From: Raja brachyura
Lineage: Eukaryota
Reading direction: 5' to 3'
Assembly (NCBI GenBank): GCA_963514005.1
Contig: OY740814.1
Coordinates: forward strand, 28,644,001 to 28,708,000
DNA: 64,000 nt
A program made the position numbers and the translations under genes. Positions 1-12,824 of this stretch are shown piece after piece (the first letter of the stretch is position 1; each line of letters starts with the position of its first letter). The notes beneath the pieces are model-generated. The model saw nothing but the letters and a program-made list of their open reading frames with translations. It had not been told where the DNA came from and made no database searches.

Positions 1-1478
1 TGCCATCTTTCAGCCCACTCTTCCAAATAGCCCAAATCTCTCTGTAGACTTTGAAAATCTACTTCATTATCCACAGCACCACCTATATTAGTATCATCTG
101 CATACTTACTTATCCAATTTTCCACCCCATCATCTAGATCATTGATGTACATGACAAACAACAGTGGACCCAACACAGATCCCTGAGGCACCCCACTGGT
201 CACCGGCTTCCACCCTGACAAACAGCCATCCACCATTACTCTCTGACATCTCCCATTCAGCCACTGTTGAATCCATCTTGCTACTCCGCCATTAACACCA
301 AAAGATTGAACCTTCTTAACTAACCTTCCATGGGGAACCTTGTCAAAGGCCTTACTGAAATCCATATAGACAACATCCACTGCTTTACCCTCATCAATTT
401 CCCTAGTAACCTCTTCAAAAAATTCAAGAAGGTTTGTCAAACATGACCTTCCAGGCACAAATCCATGTTGACTGTTCTTGATCAGACCCTGTTTATCCAG
501 ATGCTTATATATATTATCTCTAAGTATCCTTTCCATTAATTTGCCCAGCACTGATGTCAAACTAACAGGTCTATAATTGCTAGCTTTATTCTTTGAACCC
601 TTTTTAAACAATGGAACAACATGCGCAGTATGCCAATCCTCCGGCACTATTCCCGTTTTTAATGACATTTGAAATATTTCTGTCATAGCCCCTGCTATTT
701 CTACACCAACTTCCCTCAATGTCCTAGGGAATATCCTGTCTGGACTTGGAGACTTATCCACTATTATATTTTTCAAAAGTGTCAGTACTTCCTCCTCTTT
801 GAATCTCATGGTTTCCATAGCTACTCTACTTTTTTCCCTTACCTCACAGAGTTCAATATCCTTTTCCTTGGTGAATACCGAAGAAAATAAATTGTTCAAT
901 ATCTCCCCCATCTCTTTTGGCTCTGCAGATAGCTGTCCATTCTGGCTCTCTAATGGTCCAATTTCATCCCTTGTTATCCTTTTGCTATTTCTTTCTTAAG
1001 ATTCTTTTTACATTCTTTATACTCCTCTAGCACCTCATGTACTCCATGCCTCCTATAATTATTTAGATATCTCTCTTTGTTTGAACCAAGTGTCCAATTT
1101 CCCTTGAAAACCATGGCTCTTTCCAATTTTTACTATTTCCTTTCAACCGAACAGAGACATAAAGATTCTGTACTCTTACAATTTCCCCTTTAAATATCCT
1201 CCATTTCTCTTCTACATCCTTCCCATAAAACAAAATGTCCCAATTCACTCCTTTTAAATTGTTACACATTCCCTCAAAGTTAGCCTTTCTCCAATCAAAA
1301 ATCTCAACCACAGGTCCAGTTCTGACTCTCTCCATAATTATATTGAAACTAATGGTATTGTGATCACTGGTCCCGAAGTGCTCACCAACGAATACCTCTG
1401 TCACCTGACCTGCCTCATTTTCAAACAGGAGGTCCAGCACTGCCCCTTCTCTGGTCAATACCTCTATGTATTGCTGCA
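1..1478 (-). mobile_element. CR1-clade LINE fragment (ORF2 EN-end/RT), runs off the left edge
   Basis: Nucleotide paralog of the CR1 at 2246-5617. ORF 1063-1563 encodes FLQQY..TREGAVLDLLF..EHFGTSDHNTISF. There is an internal deletion near 990. Confidence 0.9.
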
Positions 1479-2266
1479 AAAATGTAAGCCTCTCCCCATG
1501 TGGTATCAACCTTGAACAGATAAGGAGAAGAGAAATAATTGAAAGGAGAACATTTTGAAGCAACGCAATCAGATTTGAAAAAAAATCAAAGGAAATTATG
1601 GACTTAAGAAATGTTTTATTTAATACAGTATATATGTAACGTAAAGAATTAACTAACTATATAAACTTAATATTACTAATTAATGGTTATGCTGTTATAT
1701 TCATTTTATACTAATATGACTAACCAAGGTATTAACCTAATGGATTTAGGGGATAAGGGGCATATAGAGATGATTATTATTAACAGATATATAAGGCTGA
1801 AAAGAAATGAAATATAATTTAGGATGTATACTAACACATTACAATTAATGAAAAGGGGTATAAGAATATTATAACATCATACAATTGTGGGAAGAAAGAG
1901 GCATTAATGATCTGGAAAAGTTCCAGAGGTTTGGGCTGGAAGATGGTTGTATTTAAGATAAGAAATGAAACCCTTGAAACAGGCTGGTAATTAAGGTACA
2001 GATGAATACTGTATATTTGGACAGGGACAGGGCAGGTGTTCGCATGTTTTTTAATTCTATGATTCGGGGATTACGAGCAAGTAACATAGAAGGTTTAAAA
2101 TTGGGGTAGAAAAGAGAATATTTGAAACAGTAAAGATGACTTTTTTTTCTTCAGATATATTAAGACATATTAACATATGTTTAGATGAAACGGCATGTAG
2201 TTATAAATGCCATTGTATTTAGGGGGCTGAACTCAATGTATAATTAACCATATAACCATATAACAA

Positions 2267-5200
2267 TTACAGCACGGAAACAGGCCATCTCGGCCCTTCA
2301 AGTCCGTGCCGAACAACTTTTTTCCCTGCGTCCCACCTGCCTGCACTCATACCATAACCCTCCATACCCTTCTCATCCATATGCCTATCCAATTTATTTT
2401 TAAATGATACCAACGAACCTGCCGCCACCACTTCCACTGGAAGCTCATTCCACACCGCTACCACTCTCTGAGTAAAGAAGTTCCCCCTCATGTTACCCCT
2501 AAACCTCTGTTCCTTAATTCTAAAGTCATGTCCCCTTGTTTGAATCTTCCCTATTCTCAAAGGGAAAAGCTTGTCCACATTAACTCTGTCTATCCCTCTC
2601 ATCATTTTAAAGACCTCTATCAAGTCCCCCCTTAACCTTCTGCGCTCCAGAGAATAAAGACCTAACTTATTCAACCTATCTGTGTAACTTAGCTGTTGAA
2701 ACCCAGGCAACATTCTAGTAAATCTCCTCTGTACCCTCTCTATTTTGTTGACATCCTTCCTGTAATTGGGCGACCAAAATTGTACACCATACTCCAGATT
2801 TGGTCTCACCAACGCCTTGTACAATTTTAACATTACATCCCAGCTTCTATACTCAATGCTCTGATTTATAAAGGCTAGCATACCAAAAGCTTTCTTTACC
2901 ACCCTATCTATATGAGATTCTACCTTCAAGGAACTATGCACAGTTATTCCCAGATCCCTCTGTTCAACTGTATTCTTCAATTCCCTACCGTTTACCATGT
3001 ACGTCCTATTTTGATTTGTCCTGCCAAGGTGCAGCACCTCACATTTATCAGCATTAAACTCCATCTGCCATCTTTCAGCCCATTTTTCCAACTGGCCTAA
3101 ATCACTCTGTAGACTTTGGAAATCCTCTTCATTATCCACAACACCCCCTATCTTGGTATCATCTGCATACTTACTAATCCAATTTACCACCCCTTCATCC
3201 AGATCATTGATGTACATGACAAACAACAAAGGACCCAACACAGATCCCTGAGGCACCCCACTAGTCACCTGCCTCCAACCCGACAAACAGCCATCCACCA
3301 TTACCCTCTGGCTTCTCCCATTCAGCCACTGTTGAATCCATCTTGCTATTCCTGCATTTATACCCAACAGTTGAACCTTCTTAACCAACCTTCCATGAGG
3401 AACCTTGTCAAAGGCCTTACTGAAGTCCATATAGACAACATCCACTGCTTTACCCTTGTCAATTTCCCTAGTAACCTCTTCAAAAAATTCAAGAAGATTA
3501 GTCAAACATGACCTTCCAGGCATAAATCCATGTTGACTGTTCCTAATTAGACCCTCTTTATCCAGATACTTATATATATTATCTCTAAGTATCTTTTCCA
3601 TTAATTTGCCCACCACTGAAGTCAAACTAACCGGTCTATAATTGCTAGGTTTACTTTTAGAACCCTTTTTAAACAATGGAACAACATGCGCAGTACGCCA
3701 ATCCTCGGGGACTATTCCAGTTTCTAATGACATTTGAAATATTTCTGTCATAGCCCCGGCTATTTCTACACTAACTTCCCTCAATGTCCTAGGGAATATC
3801 CTGTCAGGACCTGGAGACTTATCCACTTTTATATTTTTCAAAAGTGCCAGTACTTCTTTTACTTTGAAACTCATAGTATCCATAGCTACTCTACTAGTTT
3901 CCCTTACCTCACATAATTCAATATCCTTCTCATTGGTGAATACCGAAGAAAAGAAATTGTTCAATATCTCCCCCATCTCTTTTGGCTCTGCAGATAGCTG
4001 TCCACTCGGTCTCTCCAATGGACCAATTTTATCCCTTGTTATCCTTTTGCTATTAACATAGCTGTAGAAACCCTTTGGATTTACTTTCACCTTACTTGCC
4101 AAAGCAACCTCATATCTTCTTTTAGCTTTTCTAATTTCTTTCTTTAGATTCTTTTTACATTCCTTATACTCCTCAAGCACCTCATTTACTTCATGCTGCC
4201 TATAATTATTGTAGATCTCCCTCTTTTTCCGAACAAGATGTCCAATTTCCCTTGAAAACCAGGGCTCTTTCCAATTTTTACTGGTTCCTTTCAACCGAAC
4301 AGGAACATAAAGATTTTGTACTCTTAATATTTCCCCTTTAAATGTCCTCCATTTCTCCTCTACATCTTTCCCATAAAACAAAATGTCCCAGTTCACTCCT
4401 TTTAAATCATCTCGCATCTCGTTAAAGTTAGCCTTTCTCCAATCAAAAATCTCAACCCTAGGCCCAGTTCTGTCCTTCTCCATAATTATATTGAAACTAA
4501 TGGTATTGTGATCACTGGACCCGAAGTGCTCCCCTACACATACCTCCGCCACCTGTCCCGTCTCATTTCCTAACAGGAGGTCCAGCACTGCCCCTCCTCT
4601 AGTAGGCACCTCTGTGTGTTGCTGCAAAAAACTATCCTGCACACACTTTACAAACTCCAAACCATCCAGCCCATTTACAGAATGTGTTTCCCAGTCTATG
4701 TGTGGAAAGTTGAAATCTCCCACAATCACTACCTTGTGCTTACTACTAATATCTGCTATCTCTTTACATATTTGCTCTTCCAATTCTCGTTCCCCATTTG
4801 GCGGTCTATAATATACCCCTATAAGTGTTGCTACACCTTTCCCACTTCTAAGTTCCACCCAAATAGCCTCCCTAGATGAGCCCTCCAATCTATCCTGCCA
4901 AAGCACTGCTGTAATATCTTCCCTGACTAGCAATGCAACACCTCCACCTCTTTCCCCTCCAATTCTATCACACCTGAAGCAACGAAATCCTGGAATATTT
5001 AGTTTCCAATCACAGCCCTCCTGCAACCATGTTTCACTGATCGCCACAACATCATACTTCCAGGTGTCTATCCAGACTCTAAGCTCATCCACCTTTCTTA
5101 CAATGCTCCTAGCATTAAAATATGCACATTTAAGAAACCCCCCATCTCTTATTCTCTGTTTATTTCCTTTTTTTTCTTTCTCCTCTTGTGTCCGAGTGCT

Positions 5201-5371
5201 TCCCTTTTCTGCTTCCTCCCTCCCATTCTGTCTGCTAGCTTTTGCTATTTGCATCCCTCGCCCCAACCAATCTAGTTTAAAGTCTCCCCAGTGACCTTTG
5301 CAAATTTCCCCGCCAGGATATTGGTCCCCCTCGGGTTCAAGTGCAACCCATCCTTTCTGTACAGGTCCCAC
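2267..5371 (-). CDS. CR1 ORF2: APE endonuclease + reverse transcriptase, uninterrupted (1034 codons; true start uncertain)
   Basis: APE motifs YFNARS, ISETWL, GVYYRPP, VGDFNFP, SDH. RT motifs [35 protein letters not shown]. Confidence 0.95.
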   Translation of the reverse strand: MGPVQKGWVALEPEGDQYPGGEICKGHWGDFKLDWLGRGMQIAKASRQNGREEAEKGSTRTQEEKEKKGNKQRIRDGGFLKCAYFNARSIVRKVDELRVWIDTWKYDVVAISETWLQEGCDWKLNIPGFRCFRCDRIGGERGGGVALLVREDITAVLWQDRLEGSSREAIWVELRSGKGVATLIGVYYRPPNGERELEEQICKEIADISSKHKVVIVGDFNFPHIDWETHSVNGLDGLEFVKCVQDSFLQQHTEVPTRGGAVLDLLLGNETGQVAEVCVGEHFGSSDHNTISFNIIMEKDRTGPRVEIFDWRKANFNEMRDDLKGVNWDILFYGKDVEEKWRTFKGEILRVQNLYVPVRLKGTSKNWKEPWFSREIGHLVRKKREIYNNYRQHEVNEVLEEYKECKKNLKKEIRKAKRRYEVALASKVKVNPKGFYSYVNSKRITRDKIGPLERPSGQLSAEPKEMGEILNNFFSSVFTNEKDIELCEVRETSRVAMDTMSFKVKEVLALLKNIKVDKSPGPDRIFPRTLREVSVEIAGAMTEIFQMSLETGIVPEDWRTAHVVPLFKKGSKSKPSNYRPVSLTSVVGKLMEKILRDNIYKYLDKEGLIRNSQHGFMPGRSCLTNLLEFFEEVTREIDKGKAVDVVYMDFSKAFDKVPHGRLVKKVQLLGINAGIARWIQQWLNGRSQRVMVDGCLSGWRQVTSGVPQGSVLGPLLFVMYINDLDEGVVNWISKYADDTKIGGVVDNEEDFQSLQSDLGQLEKWAERWQMEFNADKCEVLHLGRTNQNRTYMVNGRELKNTVEQRDLGITVHSSLKVESHIDRVVKKAFGMLAFINQSIEYRSWDVMLKLYKALVRPNLEYGVQFWSPNYRKDVNKIERVQRRFTRMLPGFQQLSYTDRLNKLGLYSLERRRLRGDLIEVFKMMRGIDRVNVDKLFPLRIGKIQTRGHDFRIKEQRFRGNMRGNFFTQRVVAVWNELPVEVVAAGSLVSFKNKLDRHMDEKGMEGYGMSAGRWDAGKKVVRHGLEGPRWPVSVL

Positions 5372-5616
5372 CTACCCCAAAAGAAGTCCCAATGATCCAG
5401 AAACTTGAATCCCTGCCCTCTGCACCAGTCTTTCAGCCAAGCATTTATCCTCCACCTTGCTCCATTTCTACTCTCACTGTCACGTGGCACAGGCAGTAAT
5501 CCTGAGATTGTTACCTTTTTGGTCCTTTTCCTCAACTCTCCTCCCAAGTCCTTAAATCCTCCCTTCAGGACCTCTTCTCTTTTTTTACCTATGTCATTGG
5601 TACCTATATGTACCAT
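5272..5616 (-). pseudogene. CR1 ORF1 C-terminal SGNH-esterase-like domain (truncated)
   Basis: VHIGTND (block III GxND) and DGLHLN (DxxH) motifs, typical of the CR1 ORF1 esterase. Overlaps the start of ORF2. Confidence 0.85.
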
Positions 5617-5935
5617 CTATAATTCCATCTCTGGAGGTCAATCAATTTTTAGCCATTATAGATGGCTTCTTGTATTTAGGGTATATATCAGCTTTTTGAT
5701 ACCTTAAACTCATGTTTTTGTTGTTGTTGTTGTATTTACTTTTATGTGGCTTATTCAACAATTTTTCATTTTTTCCTCATTATTTTTCAACACACCTTTC
5801 TCTTTTTCTTATGGAGGTTCAATATACAGAGGAGAGGTAAAATAATGTCAGAAGTGTGGGATGATACCCATATACCCAAAAGTCTGAGGTACCTAACTAC
5901 ACCACATGAAGTAAAATCACTAAAACCTATTTATA

Positions 5936-8900
5936 ATGCAGGATAATAAGGGAAAAAAGAATGGAGGAGTCACATTTTGTAGTTGGAATATTAGGGGTGC
6001 GAATGAACCAATTAAAAGGGGCAAGATTATGGCCCATTTAAAATCTTTAAAGGTGGATATAGCTTTTCTGCAAGAAACGCATAGGAAACTACAAACACAG
6101 ATGAAACTAAGGGCAAATTGGATAGGCCAAACGTATCACTCGTCATTTACTGCTAAAGCTAGAGGAACGGCTATTATTATTCGGAAAGGTATACCGTTTA
6201 TATTAAAGAATACAATATCTGATAAAGAAGGAAGATACACGATAGTGGCGGGAGAAGTTTATTCCACTCCACTGACTCTGATAAATATTTATGCACCAAA
6301 TTTTGATAATCCCAAAATATGGATAAAATAGATGAGTATAATTTTCAAAATGTAATACTAGGGGGGGACTTTAACTGTGTTATAGATTCATACTGAGACA
6401 AATCAATAAAATTGAGGAAGGATAGTGCTAAATCCAAGTCTAGTGAATTCTTAAACACTTATATAAAAAACACTAATATAACAGATGTATGGAGAATAGC
6501 TAATCCAACAGGAAGGGAATATTCGTTTTATCAGTACACAAAACTTATTCAAGAATTGATTATTTTTTAGTGGACACAAAATTAATACGATATACGATTA
6601 ATCCTAAATACCACAATAGTATTATTTCTGATCACTCTCCGCTGACTTTTAATTTAAAACTTGAGGGAATGCCAGGAATAAAATTATTTTGGAGATTTAA
6701 CACACAAATAGCTAATGACTCACAAGGTTACGTGTATTTAAAAAAACAAATTATTTTTTTTTTTAAACAAACGGGACACCAGGTATTTCACCATCTCTAT
6801 TATGGGAATCTTCTAAGGCATTCATTCGTGGAGTTATAATTTCGTATCAAAGTTTTCTAAATAAAAAAAACAGGACAGAACAATGGACGTTTGAAAAGGA
6901 AATTAAATTATTAGAATTAGGAAACGGAAAAGACCCAACCATAGACAAACATAGTAAGATAACATTATTGAAATAGAAACTTAATCGAATATTATCGGCA
7001 AGAGTAATAAGATTATTTCAGATCACAAAACAAGTACAGTTTGAATTTGGGAATAAACCACATAAACTTCTAGCACGACAATTGAAGAAGCAAGAAAAGG
7101 AAAAAACAATTAGTAAAATTAAATCAGAGAACGGGGAACTTTTAACTGTACCTAAGGACATTAACAAAAGGTTTGCTCAATTTTATCAAAATTTATATAT
7201 ATCTAAAACTAACATTGAAGACAATAAAATTATAAATGTTTTAGATAAGTGTAACTTGCCAAAATTGGATATCTTAGAACAAGAGGAATTAGGAGCTCAA
7301 ATTACAAGTGAAGTAATAAGAGAAACAATAAAATAACTGAAAAATGGGATGACACCAGGGCCTGATGGTTTTAATAATGAATGCTATGAAAGATTTCAGG
7401 AGTTAATGGCCCCACGATTACTTAAATTATACAGTTGTGCTTTTACCGAAAATACATTACTAGAAACTTTAGCAGAATCTACAATTACGCTTATACCAAA
7501 TAAAGATAAAGATCTAGAAGATCCGGGCTCGTATAGAGCTATATCACTTTTAAATACAGATCAAAAAATTTTAGCAAAGATTTTAGCAAGAACATGTGGA
7601 GGAACCAACGAGAGAGCTGGCTATTCTAGACTGGGTATTGAGTAATGACGAAGGGTTAGTTAGCAGTCTTGTTGTGCGTGGCCTCTTGGGCAAGAGTGAC
7701 CATAATATGGTTGAGTTCTTCATTAGGATGGAGAGTGACAAAATTAAGTCAGAAACAAGGGTTCTGAACTTGAACAACGGTAACTTTGAAGGTATGAGAT
7801 GTGAATTGGCCAAGATAGACTGGCAGGTGATTCTTAAAGGGTTGACAGTGGATGTTCAATGGAAGGTATTTAAAGACTGCATGGATAAAGTACAAAAATT
7901 GTTCATACCAGTTTGGCAAAAGAATAAATCAGGGAAGGTGGTGCATCCATGGATAACAAGGGAAATCAGGGATAGTATAAAAACAAAAGATGATGCATAC
8001 AAATTGGCAAGAAAAAGCAGCCTACCGGAGGACTGGGAGAAATTCAGAATCCAGGAGAGGAGGACAAAGGGCTTAATTAGGAAAGGGAAAATAGATTATG
8101 AAAGGAAACTGACAGGGAACATAAAAACTGACTGCCAAAGTTTTTATAGATATGTGAAGAGAAAGAGACTAGTTAAAACAAATGTTGGTCCCTTGCAGTC
8201 AGAAACAGGTGAATTGATCATGGGGAACAAGGACATGGCAGACCAATTGAATAACTACTTTGGTTCTGTCTTCACTAAGGAAGACATAAATAATCTGCCG
8301 GAAATAGCAGTGGAACGGGGGTCAAATAAGATGGAGGAACTGAGTGAAATCTAGGTTAGCCGGGAGGTGGCGTTGGGTAAATTGAACGGATTGAAGGCCG
8401 ATAAATCCCCAGGGCCAGATAGTCTGCATCCCAGAGTACTCAAGGAGGTAGCCACAGAAAAAGTGGATGCATTAGTGATAATTTTTCAAAATTCCTTAGC
8501 TTCTGGAGTAGTTCCTGAGGATTGGAGGGTATATAATGTAATCCAACTTTTTAAAAAAGGAGGGAGAGAGAAAGAGGGGAATTACAGACCAGTTAGTCTA
8601 ACATCGGTAGTGGGGAAACTGCTAGAGTCAGTTATTAAAGATGGGATAGCAGCGCATTTGGAAAGTGGTGAAATCATTGGACAAAGTCAGCATGGAATTA
8701 TGAAAGGTAAATCATGTCTGACAAATCTGATAGAATTTTTCGAGGATGTAACTAGTAGAGTGGATAAGGGAGAACCAGTGGATGTGTTATATCTAGACTT
8801 TCAGAAGGCTTTCGACAAGGTCCTGCATAAGAGATTAGCATACAAATTTTAAAGCACACGGTATTGGGGGTTCAGTATTGATGTGGATAGAGAACTGGCT

Positions 8901-11590
8901 AACAGACAGGATGCAAAGGGTAGGAGTAAACGGGTCCTTTTCAGAATGGCAGGCAGTGGCTAGTGGGGTACCGCAAGGCTCACTGCTGGGACCCCAGCTA
9001 TTTACAATATATATTAATGATTTGGACGAGGGAATTCAATGCAACATCTCCAAATTTGCAGATGACACCAAGCTGGGGGGTATAGTTAGGTGTGAGGAGG
9101 ATGCTTGGAGGCTGCAGGGTGATTTGGATAGGCTGAGTGAATGGGCAGATGCATGGCATAATGTATAATGTGGATAAATGTGAGGTTATCCACTTTGGTG
9201 GCAAAAACATGAGGGTAGACTATTATCTGAATGGTGGCAGATTAGGAAAAGGGGAGATGCAACGAGACCTGGGTGTCATGGTACAGCAGTCATTGAAAGT
9301 AGGCATGCAGGTGCAGCGGGTAGTGAAGAAAGCAAATGGTATGTTAGCATTCATAGCGAAAGGATTTGACTACAGGAGCAGGGAGGTTCTACTGCAGTTG
9401 TACAGGGTTTTGGTGAGGCCACACCTGGAGTATTGCGTACAGTTTTGGTCTCCAAATCTGAGGAAAGACATCCTTGCCATAGAGGGGGTACAGAGAAGAT
9501 TCACCAGACTGATTCCTGGGATGTCAGGACTTTCATATGAGGAAAGACTGTATAGACTCGGCTTGTACTCGCTGGAATTTAGAAGATTGAGGGGGGATCT
9601 TATAGAAACTTACACAATTCTTAAGGGGTTGGACAAGCTAGATGCTGGAAGATTGTTCCCGATGTTAGGGGAGTCCAGAACAAGGGGTCACAGTCTAAGG
9701 ATAAGGGGGAATTCCTTTTGGACCGAGATGAGGAAAACATTCTTTACACAGAGAGTGGTGAGTCTCTGGAATTCTCTGCCACAGAAGGTAGTTGAGGCCA
9801 GTTCATTGGCTATATTTAAGAGGGCGTTAGATGTGGCCATTGTGACTAAGGAGATCAGGGGGTATGGAGAGAAGGCAGGTACGGGATATTGAAGCTCGAA
9901 GGGCCGAATGGCCTACTCCTGCACCTATTTTTCTATGTTTCTAAGACGATTGAGCAAATATATTAATAAATTGATAAACCAGGACCAAACGGGGTTTATA
10001 CCCAAAAGACAATCATTTAACGATTTGAGATGACTTTTTAATATAATGTATTCACATAAAGGGGAAAAGGAAGAATTATCAGTTATATCTTCGGATGCAG
10101 AGAAAGCAATTGACCAGGTAGTGTGGCAGTATTTATATATAGTACTCCAAAAATTTAATATGGGAGATAATTTATTAGATGGGTAAAATTATTATATGAT
10201 AAACCAACAGCAAGAATATTAATTAATAATATGTTGTCTCCAAAATTCTAATTATCACGGGGCAATAGGCAGGGATGTGTTTTATCACCCCTGCTATTTG
10301 CCCTTATGATAAAGCCACTGGCTGAAAGGATAAGAACACATCCGAATATTCAGGGATACAATACAAAGGACTCTAATAACAAAATTTCATTATACGCGGA
10401 TATACTTTTATATATTAGAAATTCAGAAACCAGTATCCCAAATTTATTAAATGTAATAGAGGAATTTGGCTCCTTTTCTGGATATAGAATAAATTGGAAT
10501 AAAAGTGAAATTATGTAATTATAGCCCCAGAAAGCGAATCATCTATTAAAATTTCCATTTAAAATTGCAACGGAAAAATTTAAGTATTTAGGTATTCAAG
10601 TTACCAGAAGATATAAATCATTATTTAATGCTAATTTTCGTCCTTTGTTAAATAAATTGAATGCTCTGATTACATTTTGGAAAACGCTCCCACTATCATT
10701 AATTGGCAGAATAAATGCTATAAAAATGATAGTGCTACCACAAATAATATATTTATTTCAATCCATACCAATATATATACCAAAATATTTCTTTAAAAAA
10801 CTAGACGCTAATATTACTAATTTTATATGGGACTACAAAGCACATAGAATTAAAATAAATCATTTGTATAAACCTAAAGATGTAGGGGGACTTGCACTGC
10901 CTAATTTTTTATATTATTATTGGGCAGTGCATATTAAGAATATTATTTATTGGTTGGATTGTCCTTCTCAACAGATGGAATGGATAAGAATGGAGAAAGA
11001 GGATTGTTTTCCTTACGATTTAGGAGCGATCCTCTTCTCCCCGATAAAATTGAATAATATATTATATAAGAAGAATCCAATCATACGCAATATAATTCGA
11101 ATTTGGAAACAAATAAAATTAACTTTAAAATTAAGAAACTTATCAGCATTAACACCAATAGTGAATAATCCGGTATTTAAACTATCTTTTATGGACAAAA
11201 CATATAGACAATGGGAAAGATTGGGAATTAAAAAGTTGGGTGACATGTATGAAATGGGAAATTTATTATCATTTCAACAATTAAAAGCAAAATTTAATCT
11301 GAATAATAACCAATACTTTAAATATTTACAGATATGTGACTTTATAAAAAAATATATTTCAAGATTACAGAATAGAACGATAGACCCACTGGAAGAAGCA
11401 ATGAATATTAAGGCAGACTCACAAAAATTAATATCATATCTATATAACAGTATTCTTAATAGAGAATTGCTATCAACAGAGGCAATTAGAGAAGACTGGG
11501 AAAAAGATTTAATGATACAAATTTCTAAAGAAACATGGGAGAGGTATTTGTTATATATACATAAATGTTCGATTAACACCAGACATAATT
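5936..11590 (+). pseudogene. Outer L1 ORF2 (EN-RT), multiply disrupted; C-terminus resumes at 18060-18535
   Basis: SWNIRG, FLQETH, NIYAPN, SDH, TPGPDGF, ISLYAD, GGLALP across ORFs 5936, 6570, 7082, 7349, 10306, 10645, with many stops and frameshifts. Confidence 0.9.
7592..9942 (+). mobile_element. CR1 LINE (second subfamily), 5'-truncated, inserted in outer L1 ORF2
   Basis: ORFs 7596, 8367, 8878, 9137 are CR1 RT pieces (KSPGPD, VPQGS, FADD, LVRPHLEYC). 3' GGCCGAATGGCC hairpin and TTCTATGT tail. AAGA duplicated at 7588-7591 and 9943-9946. Confidence 0.93.
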
Positions 11591-11776
11591 GGGACTTCCG
11601 GTGGCGTCAATGGTGGGGTGAGACGCTGCTGTTTCGCTCTGCTCCCAAGGACTGTTTTAATGAGCTAAAATACTAGTTGGAAGACGGAGGAGTTCTAAAA
11701 TATAACTACCGGAGCTGTTATTTAATTGTGTGCTATCAGTAGTCCTGCTGATAACAGAGAATAACGCCAGTTTTAA

Positions 11777-12824
11777 ATGAAAAAGACTAAAACTCGCCAG
11801 AAGCCTTCGAAAGCTGCTACAAGACTCGCTGCAAGAACTTATCTGAAAAAACCTGGAAAGACTCCTCCATCCCCTCAAGCATCAGCTGGGAGTTCAGAAG
11901 AAGAAGCTGACTTTCAAAACCCTTCTACAGAAATGACTTCAATGGAGCAACAACTGGAAAAGTCAGTAACAGCTTTAGTCACTGAAAACATCTCTAAAGT
12001 GATACGAGAGGGGAATGTCGCGCTGGAAAAAAGCCTCTCCGAAAAAATGATTAATGATAAGCTGACAAGGTAATGATAAGCTGATGGGGAAAATTGACAA
12101 CTTAGCCAAACGTGTGGTCAAGATTGAGGAGGACTTAAACAATAAAATTAAGCGGGTTGATAAAAACTGTAATAAAAAGCTGGACGCGATGTCAAAGTCC
12201 ACTGAAGCGGCTATAGAAGGAATGGATAATTCGTTAACTGAGATGACTAAGGAGATAAAGAGACTAAAAAAGGAACAAGAAAGTACTGGGAGGGAGCTTG
12301 CTAAAATGAAGTATAAATGTATGGACCTGGAAGCAAGATCGAGGAGACAAAACTTGAGGATAGTAGGAGTAAAAGAAGGAAAGGAGAGTGGACAGAACTT
12401 TCAGGAGTTTGCTGCCAACCTACTCAAACACGTACTTAAGCTGCCTGAAGCCCCGGGAATAGATACGGTTCACCGGGTCCGACGTAAGGCTCAAGCAAGC
12501 TCAAATGCTCCCCCAAGACAGATTATTCTGAAATTCTATGATATTTCAACCCTGGAAGGAATTATGAAAAAGATTCCATATGGAGTGAATATGATGTTTG
12601 GAGAAGACAAACTAAGATTCTTCCGTGATTTTCCAGCTGAAGTCATGGAAAAGAGGGACAAGTTTACAAACATGAGAAGGCTACTGAAGGAGGTTGAGGG
12701 AGTAAGATTTGGGATAGTATATCCCGCGAAATTGAGAATTACTTATAAATTTGTTGAACGTGCATTCAAGGATCCAGAAGAGGCATTTAAATATGCACAA
12801 AGTATCACACAGGAGGCCTACTGA
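11777..12824 (+). pseudogene. L1 ORF1 (coiled coil-RRM-CTD), frameshifted once near 12066-12084
   Basis: DLEARSRRQNLRIVGVKE, HRV, PPRQIILKF, FFRDF, YPAKLRI motifs of L1 ORF1p. Confidence 0.9.

Larger units (their letters stand above)
2246..5617 (-). mobile_element. CR1 LINE, 5'-truncated within ORF1, young copy
   Basis: ORF1 C-terminus plus complete ORF2, 3' hairpin region and (ATATGGTT)n tail. Candidate TSD TATAATT at 2239-2245 and 5618-5624. Confidence 0.95.

Noticed and set aside
2912-5707. Plus-strand ORFs antisense to CR1 (and similar ones opposite other LINEs)
   Set aside because: Shadow frames of the LINE ORF2 with no independent motifs.
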